From NCBI GenBank assembly GCA_965222115.1, contig CBDCTJ010000007.1:512001-576000 (forward strand): a DNA stretch of 64,000 nucleotides, written 5' to 3'. The stretch is from Planctomycetota bacterium. Lineage in GTDB: Bacteria > Planctomycetota > PLA2 > JAEUHO01. Shown here in pieces: positions 1 to 9,266 of this stretch. The stretch's first letter is position 1; each line of letters starts with the position of its first letter. The notes below the pieces were generated by a model, which was not told the origin of the DNA, did no database searches, and was given only the letters and a program-made list of their open reading frames with translations. The position numbers and the translations under genes were made by a program.

Positions 1-2
1 CG

Positions 3-2960
3 CGCTGTGTTTCGCCCAAGCGCGTCAAAGGTATCTGCGATGACATTCCCTGCCGCGTCGGTAATCTGCGTGACGTTGTCCTCTTTGTCATAGACCCAAG
101 AGACCGTCTTGAGGTTGGGGTAGGTCATGGTCGTCTTGCGATTGAGCGCATCGTAGGCCCACGTGGTGTTGTTCCCACCGTCGTCTTTGTGGCTATCGAG
201 GCGACTATTCTTGTCGAAACCCCACTCGGTCACTTGTGCCGCAGTGAAGTCGTCAATCGTTGTCCCGGTTGAGATCGCACGCTCACGCTTGGTCATGCGC
301 CCCAAACCATCGAAGGTCCAGCGCGTGGGATTGCCCTCGGCGTTTACCAGGAACGTACGATTTCCACGGCTGTCGTAGTAAAGATCCGTGGTCAGCGAGT
401 TGGTGCCGACAAGCCGGTCTTTCTCAGTAACCGAGGTCTTGCGACCCAGCTCGTCATACGTAGCCGAGTATTCGTGCGTTACGCTGCTCGCGCCGTCGAT
501 TTCCTCAATCGACGTGGCCGTCACATTGCCGTTTTTGTCAAGCGTGCTGGTCACGACATTGCCCATCGCGTCTTCCACTTCGATTCTTCGCCCCGCGGCA
601 TCGTAATCGAAGAGCGTGTCATTACTGAGCGCGTCCGTGATCTTGCTGACTTGGCCGGTCTTGAGGCGCGTCATGGTCGTGACCGCATCCGAGTAGGTGG
701 TGCCCGGCTGCTTTCGAAGGTCTGACGTCTTCCAGTGGCGACCACGCTCGTCAAAGTAGCGCGTCGAACGTTGCAGCTCGGTGTTCGAAGAATCGTAGCG
801 CTGGATCTTCGTCACATTGCCCGCGTCGTCCAGCGTGTACTTCGTGTAGTGATTCAGCTCATCCGTCACCTTCGTGCGGCGATCAAAGAGATCGTACGTG
901 TAGGTCGTGTCGTTGTTGCGTCCATCCGTCACGGTTGTGAGATTGCCATTGTCATCGTAAGCATTGGTGCGCGTAGAGGCTTCCGTTGCGCCGTAGCCAC
1001 GAACATGCGTCGCCACGAGATCGCGCTCGTTGTAAGTCCACGCGATCTTGTTGCCCTCGGGCAAAGTCGTTTGGGTGCGATTTCCATTGGCATCGTAGGT
1101 GTGCGACGTCGTTCGCGTGGTTGTGGAGTCAATGTCTTCAACCTGCGTGGCGAGTTGATCGCGATCGGTATAAGTGTAGGACGTGGTGATCCAAGGATGA
1201 CTCGTGCTGCGCGTGCCGTCCTTGTCGATATTCTCGACTTCGCGCTTGGTGAGGTTGCTGTTTCCGTCGTAGGAAAACTTCACCTTGTAGTTGAGCGGCG
1301 CGGGCGCTTGCGTTTCCGTGACCCGGCGAAGATTGTCGAACGTACGCGTCGTCACATTGCTTAGGGGGTCGGTCACTGTGGTGACATTCAGCGCACTGTC
1401 ATATCCGTAAATCGTCGTGATCGCCAAGCCAGTCGGATCCACGGTGGTCTTCTCAAGCAAATCCTCATTAGGGCCAGAGGAAAAGTAGGTGTAGGTCGTC
1501 TCCGTACCTTCCTCGTCCGTGAATTTTGTAATCTGCCCGTAGGAGTTGAACGTGGTGGTGGTGCTTGCGGATTGGCTCGCGGGATTCGTGACCGTGGGGT
1601 GCGTCACGCCGGTTCGATTACCGCTGCTGTCGACCGTGTAGGTCCAGGCATTGCCGTTTTTGTCCGTGTAGCCCGTCATGTAGTTGCCGGAGTTGTAGGT
1701 CCAGCTCTCCACAATATCGGAACTTCCATTCGTGCTCGTGTCCGTTGTCTTCTGGCGACGTTCGGTCAAGTTGTTCTCGCTGTCCCAGGTGAAGTCCACG
1801 CGGTTGTCCCGTGGATAGACGATGGTATCCAACTGATCGCCCGTGTAGCGATACTCCGTCACGTACTTGGCCGTGCCGCCAACGAGCATGTCCGTTTTAT
1901 CTACGAGCGAGCCAGTAAAGTGATAGCGATGAACGTTCCCCTCGCCGTCCGTGCGCGTGGTGAGTCCCGAGGAATAGGAATAGTCCACGTCGTCGCCGTC
2001 AATCGTGACCGTCGAGATCTTCTTTGTTGAGCCGTCGTAGGCATACTCGTAAACCGTGTTGCCGCGGCCATCAACGATACTCGTGAGACGATCCGAACCG
2101 TCATAATGCCATGTCGTGGTGATGCCCGACGTCTGGTCAGCCGTCGTCGGCGTTTTGATGGTTTTGAGGTTGTTGTTGGCGTCGTACGTGAACGTCCACT
2201 CACGACCGGCGGGATCTTCAATCTCGGTGATGTAGCCGTCGGTGTTTGACGTGATGGTAAAGGACTTGCCCCGCGTATCAGTAATGTCGGTCAGCTGAAG
2301 ATTCGAATCGTAATCAAAATCAATGATGTTTCCGTTGCGATCACCGAATTCATTGGGCATTCCATTGGAATCGAACAAAATCGTCTCGCCCGTCTTGCTG
2401 GTCAGAAGATAGTCGCCGTTGGTGTCTGTCGTGAGCGTATCGGTTACCAAGCAGGTCTCGGGAGAATAAGAAACGGCATCCCAGCCAAAGACGTTGATCT
2501 CGCCGGATGAGTGGCGAATCCGAACCTCGTGCCCACCGTCGCCATCAGGATCGTTCTCGTCGAGGATGACTTTCTCGGCGGTTGTCTCCCAGCTTCCAAT
2601 CGCACCCGCGCCCATCTGCGTGACACCATCAATCATGCTGCGCCAGCGAACTGACAAGTTCAACGAGGACACACGCCCGGGGAACGTGAGGATCGCGTGA
2701 TCGACAAACAACTCACCGCTACGCACATCCACACCTTCCGGAGAACTGGTCGGCGCTGACGGGCAGCCGCACCCACCACATGCAGAACATGCGCTAACCG
2801 TGGATGTGTTGTCCCAGAACGGGTCGGCATACGGACTTCCGCTACCCTCTGCGCCATGCCTCGTAAGCGCGAATAGGGCCACTAGGGCGCAAGTAGCCAA
2901 GATTAGAACAAGTGCGCGACCCGCGGATGAGTTGGAAATGCGGCGGATAATCTGCGTCAT
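3..2960 (-). CDS. Rhs/YD-repeat protein with N-terminal signal peptide and DUF6531-like domain (3' end beyond window)
   Basis: Manual translation from ATG 2960 (GAGGGG RBS upstream): MTQIIRRISNSSAGRALVLILATCALVALFAL...EGVDVRSGELFVDHAILTFPG. The same frame at the window edge reads TTWAYDALNRKTTMTYP...WVYDKEDNVTQITDAAGN (YD repeats). Both ends are in frame; the ORF is probably absent from the track because it has no stop in the window. Confidence 0.92.
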   Translation of the reverse strand, partial: MTQIIRRISNSSAGRALVLILATCALVALFALTRHGAEGSGSPYADPFWDNTSTVSACSACGGCGCPSAPTSSPEGVDVRSGELFVDHAILTFPGRVSSLNLSVRWRSMIDGVTQMGAGAIGSWETTAEKVILDENDPDGDGGHEVRIRHSSGEINVFGWDAVSYSPETCLVTDTLTTDTNGDYLLTSKTGETILFDSNGMPNEFGDRNGNIIDFDYDSNLQLTDITDTRGKSFTITSNTDGYITEIEDPAGREWTFTYDANNNLKTIKTPTTADQTSGITTTWHYDGSDRLTSIVDGRGNTVYEYAYDGSTKKISTVTIDGDDVDYSYSSGLTTRTDGEGNVHRYHFTGSLVDKTDMLVGGTAKYVTEYRYTGDQLDTIVYPRDNRVDFTWDSENNLTERRQKTTDTSTNGSSDIVESWTYNSGNYMTGYTDKNGNAWTYTVDSSGNRTGVTHPTVTNPASQSASTTTTFNSYGQITKFTDEEGTETTYTYFSSGPNEDLLEKTTVDPTGLAITTIYGYDSALNVTTVTDPLSNVTTRTFDNLRRVTETQAPAPLNYKVKFSYDGNSNLTKREVENIDKDGTRSTSHPWITTSYTYTDRDQLATQVEDIDSTTTRTTSHTYDANGNRTQTTLPEGNKIAWTYNERDLVATHVRGYGATEASTRTNAYDDNGNLTTVTDGRNNDTTYTYDLFDRRTKVTDELNHYTKYTLDDAGNVTKIQRYDSSNTELQRSTRYFDERGRHWKTSDLRKQPGTTYSDAVTTMTRLKTGQVSKITDALSNDTLFDYDAAGRRIEVEDAMGNVVTSTLDKNGNVTATSIEEIDGASSVTHEYSATYDELGRKTSVTEKDRLVGTNSLTTDLYYDSRGNRTFLVNAEGNPTRWTFDGLGRMTKRERAISTGTTIDDFTAAQVTEWGFDKNSRLDSHKDDGGNNTTWAYDALNRKTTMTYPNLKTVSWVYDKEDNVTQITDAAGNVIADTFDALGRNTA

Positions 2961-3263
2961 AATGAATCCCCTCAGACTCAAGATTACGTACTCAAAGCGA
3001 AAGCTCCTTCACGTGGCAGATACCGAGCCGTCCACCACGACTTCTCCCGACTCTACACCCGCGCAGGGGGCCGAATTGCAAAACCTCGTTTTTTTGCCCT
3101 GTGTGGGTAGCTACGGCAATTTTAAGGAACCTGACAATTGTCACCGCGCGCGCACGCGCGAGCGCAAATGCAGTGCCGTGTTCACTATCGACGGTGGGAT
3201 CGGCACTTACGTCGAATTCTCGTTCGTATAAGCATGCTTTCGTTTGTCGTTCTAAAAACTAGA

Positions 3264-3283
3264 TTGGGAAATCAATTTCCCAA
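3264..3283. promoter_or_regulatory. Perfect inverted repeat TTGGGAAAT-CA-ATTTCCCAA, possible transcription-factor operator upstream of rhs
   Basis: 9-bp arms with a 2-bp spacer in an AT-richer intergenic region; second palindrome TGACAATTGTCA at 3132-3143. Confidence 0.4.
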
Positions 3284-3344
3284 CCACGCATGACCAATCG
3301 ATGGCTTGTTCATGACATCTGTTTCACTGGGCCTGCGCTATCAC

Positions 3345-3394
3345 AGGGTTCGCTTCGCTCACCCTTAGCTATCAGCTTTGGCTCCTTCGGAGCC
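3345..3394. repeat. REP-like double-hairpin element
   Basis: AGGGT-TCGCTTCGCTC-ACCCT followed by GGCTCC-TTC-GGAGCC; single copy in this window. Confidence 0.3.
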
Positions 3395-3537
3395 TCTCTC
3401 TCCTGAACCATTCCCATTGACCGCCGTAACCGAACATCGGGCTGCGCTTGGTGATCTTAGTGTCCTTTGTGAGAGCCTTCTATTCCCAAGAAGCCGCTCC
3501 GCAATCAATGCACGCCCGCACCCCCCAACAGCTCCCC

Positions 3538-5841
3538 TCAACGACGCCCCTCAAGCAAATGCTTCTCAAAGAACCGCAGCATCCGTCGCTGCACATCGTT
3601 TCCGGTGTTTCCTATACCGTGGCCACGTCGCGGATAGAGCATGACTTCGTAGTCTTTGTTGCGTGCGCGCAGCAACGACTCGACAAGCTCGACGGTGTTC
3701 TGCGCGTGGACGTTGTTGTCGTGCAGTCCATGGAGTAACAGCAAGGGGCGCGTGCTTCCATCTGCGTGCTTTACCGCGGATGTGGCGTCGTATGCCTTTT
3801 TGTTCTGGTCCAAGAGGCCCATGTAGCGTTCGGTGTAGGCCGTGTCGTAAAACCGCCAGTCGGTTACGGGCGCTACGGCGACGCCCGCGGCGAATACATT
3901 ACGGTGATGAATAACGCCTTGGCACGCCATGGTGCCGCCATAGGACCAGCCCCAAATGCCAATGCGATTTGCATCTACGTAGGGGCGCTTCGCGATGTGC
4001 TTGGCGATGCGGGCTTGATCGGCGACCTCAACCAAGCTGAGTTTGCCGCGTGTTGCTTTGAGCCAGCTCATGCCTTGACCGGCCGTGCCGCGGCCATCGG
4101 CATGCAACACGAGGTAGCCCTGTTGCGTTAAGAACGTCTGCCAACCAATGCGACGCTCCCACGCGTCGCGCACCATCTGTGAGTCGGGGCCCGCGTAGGT
4201 ATGTACGAGCAGGGGATAGACCTTGGACGAATCAAAGTCGTGGGGCTTGAAGAGGCGGTAGCGAATCTCACCCTTGACGCCATCTTCGTTGATGGGCAGC
4301 TCGCCTTCCTCAAACGTAGCCCAAGGATAGTTGTCGGTCTTCGCGACCCTTGCGTCGTCTAGCAGTTGGTAGGTCGGCGCGTCGCCCTCGCCAAAGGTCA
4401 CCAGTGCGCGGCGCTTGGGGCTGGTTGTTGACGAATGAGAAAGCAAGCCGCGCGTGCCAGCGTCATTCACCGTGAAGCGATGCGTACCGGGAGTCTCTCC
4501 ACGCTGCCATGCGTCGGGGAACTTGATTTCGGTGGGTTCTACGCCCGCTTCGATGCGTTGCATGTAGACGCCGTCGCCCCACCGTTCTCTTGTGCGTGCT
4601 GCATAGACGATGCGCGGCGGGTCGGCGCGAACATGCAACAGGCGTCCCGCAGTCAATGAACGGGGCGTGATGGCCTCGCTAGCCCAGCCACCCTTGGCGC
4701 CTCTAGCGGCTCGCATCCAACGACGATCATCGTCACGCTCGGCGAGATAGAGAAACGCGTTGTTGGTAATCCAACGTGGCGTGGGCGTATCTTCAATCCA
4801 TGTGTCGCTCGTTTCGGTGACCGCAACAGCCAACTGCCGTGAACGTCGATCAAAAACGTGGATGCGCATGACCTGTTGCGCTCGATCGAGCGAAAGAATC
4901 GCCGCGTGCCTTGAATCGGGCGACCATGAAATGCGAATGATGTAGTGTGCATCCTTTAGAGGCAGTGCATACGAGACCGGCATGGTGTCGTTTTTGATAG
5001 GCGACGTGATTCGTTTGTAGAAGAGCGTTGCCTTCGGATTGGGATCCCCCACTTTGGGATAACGAATCACCTTGGGCGCTCCACGCGCGTGCAGCATGTC
5101 GGGCATCGAGAACGTGGGCACGTTTGTCTGATCCAGACGCAGCCAGAGCAACCCCTGATCCCCCGGCGCCCACCACACGCCGTGACGCAGCCCAAACTCT
5201 TCGGGGTAGAGCCAATCCAAGGATCCGTTGCGGTAGAGATCGGACCCGCCGCTCGACATGAGCATGGAAGGACCGCCGCGTGTTTCGACCACATGGACAT
5301 CGTGATCCTTGCAATAGGAGACAAAGTCGCCCTTGGGGCTCACTTGAACATCGGAAATCGGTTTGTCGGATGACGCGAGGGGGCGTGTTTCGCCGGTCGA
5401 AAGATCGTGCCAAAGCAACTGGCTGCGCACGCGCACGCACACATGCTTACCATCCTTCGCCCACACGAGCTCAGGCGCCCCCGATCGACCGATGCCCCGC
5501 GCACTTGGGCCACCTGCTTTGGCATGTGCCTTAATGGCGGCCAAGTCGGCGATGTCTTTGTGCTTATCGGTGAGTGGATCCCAGGTTTCGATCACACGCT
5601 TTGCGCGCCGGCCGGGCCCTTTGCGGCGCACGCGCATGAGGGTGTTGTGGCCGGGTCGCCATGACCATTTGGGTAGTGACTTTGTGGCGCGGCCGGAACG
5701 ACGTGCGTTTTCTAAGGTAAGTGGCTTGTGCTTCTTGGTCGCTTTCTCTTTGGCGTGAAGCGGCACACCTAGCGTCAAGCACACAGCAAAGGACAATACG
5801 GCCACGCAGAGATTCACTTGCTTCAGCCGTGTGTCCTGCAT
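3538..5841 (-). CDS. Dipeptidyl peptidase IV-like S9 family peptidase
   Basis: Signal peptide; DPPIV-N motifs (NGSLDWLYPEE, YPKVGDPNP); catalytic GWSYGG, DNNVH and GH. Confidence 0.93.
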   Translation of the reverse strand: MQDTRLKQVNLCVAVLSFAVCLTLGVPLHAKEKATKKHKPLTLENARRSGRATKSLPKWSWRPGHNTLMRVRRKGPGRRAKRVIETWDPLTDKHKDIADLAAIKAHAKAGGPSARGIGRSGAPELVWAKDGKHVCVRVRSQLLWHDLSTGETRPLASSDKPISDVQVSPKGDFVSYCKDHDVHVVETRGGPSMLMSSGGSDLYRNGSLDWLYPEEFGLRHGVWWAPGDQGLLWLRLDQTNVPTFSMPDMLHARGAPKVIRYPKVGDPNPKATLFYKRITSPIKNDTMPVSYALPLKDAHYIIRISWSPDSRHAAILSLDRAQQVMRIHVFDRRSRQLAVAVTETSDTWIEDTPTPRWITNNAFLYLAERDDDRRWMRAARGAKGGWASEAITPRSLTAGRLLHVRADPPRIVYAARTRERWGDGVYMQRIEAGVEPTEIKFPDAWQRGETPGTHRFTVNDAGTRGLLSHSSTTSPKRRALVTFGEGDAPTYQLLDDARVAKTDNYPWATFEEGELPINEDGVKGEIRYRLFKPHDFDSSKVYPLLVHTYAGPDSQMVRDAWERRIGWQTFLTQQGYLVLHADGRGTAGQGMSWLKATRGKLSLVEVADQARIAKHIAKRPYVDANRIGIWGWSYGGTMACQGVIHHRNVFAAGVAVAPVTDWRFYDTAYTERYMGLLDQNKKAYDATSAVKHADGSTRPLLLLHGLHDNNVHAQNTVELVESLLRARNKDYEVMLYPRRGHGIGNTGNDVQRRMLRFFEKHLLEGRR

Positions 5842-7868
5842 TAGCGCACTCGCTGTCCCGGCGTGGCGCCTGAGTCAACGCCAAGCACGTAGATGTCGCT
5901 TCCGCCCGGTCCCGCCGCCAGCACCATGCCTTCGCTCACGCCGAACTTCATTTTGCGCGACGCCAAGTTGGCCACGCACACCACCAAACGTCCCTCAAGG
6001 TCCTTCAGTTCATATGCTTTCTTGATTCCGGCAAATACCGTGCGCTCCCCAAGCGGTCCAAGATCGAGCTTGAGCTGCAATAGGGCGTTGGCCTTGGGCA
6101 CATGGGCTGCTTCAATCACGCGCGCCACGCGAAGATCGGTCTTGAGAAACGTATCGATGTTGATCTCGTCTTCGAGCGGATCTTCGGCCTCGCTCTTGGC
6201 GACCGCGGCCGGGGAAGGCGGCGCCACAACGCTGGCGGCCACCACACGATCCAAGTCGGCGCGATCCATGCGCGCAAGCAGGTGTTTGAAGGGACGGAGC
6301 TTCACACCAAGCAAGGGCATGAGCGCTTGATTCCAGTCGGTAGTTGCCTCGCCGAAGAGTTCGTCGCTCTTTGCAGTGAGCCGGGGCGTAATGGGCGTGA
6401 GATAGGTGATAATCTGACGGAACAAGTTGAGCGCAACGGTACACACGTCTTGGAGCTCGCGCGCTTTGCTTTCGTCTTTGCGCAACGCCCACGGCTCCCG
6501 CGCCTCCACGAACTCATTGGCACGATCCGCAAGCGCCATGACCAATTTCACGGCCTTTTGGTAGTCGCACGCCTCGTAGGCATCCGCAATCTCACTGGCG
6601 GCAAGCGCGCCCTTCGCGAATAACCCACCGTCTTCGGGATAGCTCTCGCTAAGTCCCACGTCTTTGATGAACTTGGCAGTGCGGCTGGCAATGTTGACGA
6701 CTTTGCCCACCAAATCGCTGTTGACTTTGGCCACAAACTCATCAAGCCCCAAGTCAAAGTCGTCGGCCCCCACACCCAACTTGGACGCATAGAAGTAGCG
6801 CAAGTACGTGGGATCGAGATGCTCGGCGTAGGTTGCGGCGGGGATCGACGTGCCCTTCGTTTTGCTCATCTTGCCACCATCCACGGTAAGCATGCCGTGA
6901 ATCTGAACGCGCGTGGGCAGATTGAATCCGGCGGTCTTAAGCACGGCGGGCCAGAAAAGGCAATGGAAGTAAACGATGTCTTTGCCAATGAAGTGATAAA
7001 TCTCGGCGGAATCGTCCTTCCACCAACGTTCCAGTGGTTGACCGTGTTTGTCGCACCAAATCTTGGTGTTGGCAATGTAGCCATTGGGCGCCGTAAACCA
7101 CACGTACCAGTAGTTGCCGGGCGCAGTGGGAATCTCAAAGCCAAAGTAGGGCGCAGGACGCGACACGTCCCAATCGCGTAACGGACCCGATAGAAACTGC
7201 CCGCGCAAGTAGTTCTTTTGCTCGCCCCCTACGTGGGGCTCGGTGGCCACCCACTCGTCGAGGAACGAACGCAAGTGTTCAATTTTCACGAATACATGAG
7301 GATGCGTACGCGTTTCCGGCGTGGCATCGGTCATGGTGCTGCGCGGATTTTTCAAATCGGTTGCCGCATAGGTACTGCCGCAGGAGTCGCAACTATCGCC
7401 ATACTGATCCGGCGTTTCGCACTTGGGACAGGTACCGCGAACGAAACGATCGGCGAGGAAGAGTCCGGCCTTGGGGTCATAGAGCTGCGTGACATCGCGC
7501 GTTTCCACCATGCCGGCATCGCAGATCTTCTCCCAGATCTCGTGGCAGACGGCGCGATTCTCGGGCACGTTGGTATCGCCGTACTGATCAAACGAAATAT
7601 CAAACGCTTGGAAGTCGCGTAAGTGCGCGTCGCGCATGGCGTGGACGAGGTCTTCCGGCGACGTCTTCTCATGCTCGGCACGAATCATGATCGCCGTGCC
7701 GTGGGAGTCGTCTCCGCATATGAAGATGCATTCGTGTCCGCGCAGCCGTTGAAAGCGCGCCCACACGTCAGCCTGCACCGCTTCCACCATGTGGCCGATG
7801 TGAATCGGGCCACTCGCATAGGGCAGGGCACCGGTAACAAGGATTCGACGTTTCGACACAGGGTTCAT
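5841..7868 (-). CDS. metG: Methionine--tRNA ligase with C-terminal tRNA-binding domain
   Basis: [21 protein letters not shown] zinc knuckle, [20 protein letters not shown]-terminal OB fold (SEGMVLAA). Confidence 0.98.
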   Translation of the reverse strand: MNPVSKRRILVTGALPYASGPIHIGHMVEAVQADVWARFQRLRGHECIFICGDDSHGTAIMIRAEHEKTSPEDLVHAMRDAHLRDFQAFDISFDQYGDTNVPENRAVCHEIWEKICDAGMVETRDVTQLYDPKAGLFLADRFVRGTCPKCETPDQYGDSCDSCGSTYAATDLKNPRSTMTDATPETRTHPHVFVKIEHLRSFLDEWVATEPHVGGEQKNYLRGQFLSGPLRDWDVSRPAPYFGFEIPTAPGNYWYVWFTAPNGYIANTKIWCDKHGQPLERWWKDDSAEIYHFIGKDIVYFHCLFWPAVLKTAGFNLPTRVQIHGMLTVDGGKMSKTKGTSIPAATYAEHLDPTYLRYFYASKLGVGADDFDLGLDEFVAKVNSDLVGKVVNIASRTAKFIKDVGLSESYPEDGGLFAKGALAASEIADAYEACDYQKAVKLVMALADRANEFVEAREPWALRKDESKARELQDVCTVALNLFRQIITYLTPITPRLTAKSDELFGEATTDWNQALMPLLGVKLRPFKHLLARMDRADLDRVVAASVVAPPSPAAVAKSEAEDPLEDEINIDTFLKTDLRVARVIEAAHVPKANALLQLKLDLGPLGERTVFAGIKKAYELKDLEGRLVVCVANLASRKMKFGVSEGMVLAAGPGGSDIYVLGVDSGATPGQRVR

Positions 7869-7874
7869 CCTTAC

Positions 7875-8867
7875 TTACCGCAGCCCGCAAGCTGTTTGCA
7901 CACGACCCAACACGCGGTGCGCCGTCTCGCGCGCTTTGCGAGCGCCGGACTTCAAGACATCGTCCACGTAGCCGACGTCGGCCTCGAGCGTCTTGCGACG
8001 TGCTCGCGCGTCGTCAAACGTCTGATGCAAGCGCTCAAGCAAGAGCTTCTTAAAGTCGCCGTAGCCCGTGCCGCCCTTGGTGTAGCGATCGCGTACCTCG
8101 GCCAGCTCGTCCTCGGTCGATACCAACGTAAGCAACGCGTACACATTGCATGTGTTGGGATCCTTCGGTGCCTCAACCGATACCGAATCGGTCACAATGG
8201 ACATCACGCGCTTCTTGAGTGCCTTGTCGGTATCAAATAGCGGAATGAAGTTGCCATAGCTCGACGACATTTTGCGCCCGTCTACACCGGGCACTACCGC
8301 CACCTCATCCAAAATGAAGCCTTCGGGCAGCTTGAGCGCACCGCCTTCGCCCGTCTTGGGATCAAAGTCGGCGCAGTAGGTGCGATTGAACTTCACGGCG
8401 ATGTCGCGAGTCATTTCAATGTGTTGGGTTTGGTCTTTGCCGACGGGGACTGTATCGCTGTCGTAGAGCAGGATGTCGGCGGCCATCAGCACCGGATAGG
8501 CAAAGAGTCCGAAGTCAACATCTTCGCCCTTGGCAAGCGCGTCTTTGTAGGCATGGGCGCGTTGCAAGAGGCCCATGGGTGACACGGTGCCCAAGATCCA
8601 TTGCAGCTCGCTCACTTCGGGCACGTCGGTTTGTGAAAAGATCACGGACTGCTCGGGATCGAGCCCCAATGCAAGAAAATCAAGTGCCACATCGCGTCGA
8701 AGGGGACGTAGCAACGAGGCATCACGCACTTGATTGAGTGCATGCAAATCGGCAATGAAATAAAACGCCTCGCCCTTGCTCTGCAGCGCGATCCACTGCC
8801 GGACCGCACCAAAGTAGTTGCCAAGATGCGGGCGGCTGGTGGGCTTGAGTCCACTGAGAATACGCAT
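7875..8867 (-). CDS. trpS: Tryptophan--tRNA ligase
   Basis: SGLKPTSRPHLGNY, YPVLMAADIL, VPVGKDQTQH, KMSSS, GYGDFK. Confidence 0.97.
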   Translation of the reverse strand: MRILSGLKPTSRPHLGNYFGAVRQWIALQSKGEAFYFIADLHALNQVRDASLLRPLRRDVALDFLALGLDPEQSVIFSQTDVPEVSELQWILGTVSPMGLLQRAHAYKDALAKGEDVDFGLFAYPVLMAADILLYDSDTVPVGKDQTQHIEMTRDIAVKFNRTYCADFDPKTGEGGALKLPEGFILDEVAVVPGVDGRKMSSSYGNFIPLFDTDKALKKRVMSIVTDSVSVEAPKDPNTCNVYALLTLVSTEDELAEVRDRYTKGGTGYGDFKKLLLERLHQTFDDARARRKTLEADVGYVDDVLKSGARKARETAHRVLGRVQTACGLR

Positions 8868-9266
8868 GGGAAGGTCCAGGGTTGGAGAGAGTCATGGGTT
8901 GGGCACGGTTCGAGCGTTCCCGGAACGTGGGTCAGCGCGCACCGAGCGCACCTACTCGATAAGCGTCACGGCAACACGAAAGCAGTGCAACCCCTCGCGG
9001 GAGACACCCACAGGAGAATTTAGGACGTCGAACCGAGATCGAAGGTCTGTTTCGTGCCGAGGTTCTGATTGAAAAGCCTCGTTACGAGCCCATGTCCCAA
9101 AGAGACGGCTCGGGAGACCGATGCGAGAGTCGATGGACCGAGACGCCGCTGTCGAAAAGCCAGACCCGCAGGCGTGGTCTGTCCACGTCGAGGATGGCAA
9201 TTTCGAAGGGACGCGACTCGCAGCGAGAGGATCGGAGCGCGCAGTAGAGGAGTTTTCTAGCAGAGC

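Noticed and set aside
163-3231. Many plus-strand ORFs over the first 3 kb
   Set aside because: Shadow ORFs opposite the Rhs frame; no recognisable motifs.
8900-8965. SAM-I riboswitch or T-box upstream of trpS/metG (CTTATCGAG on minus)
   Set aside because: Remaining SAM-I core and T-box GGTGGTACC motif are absent.
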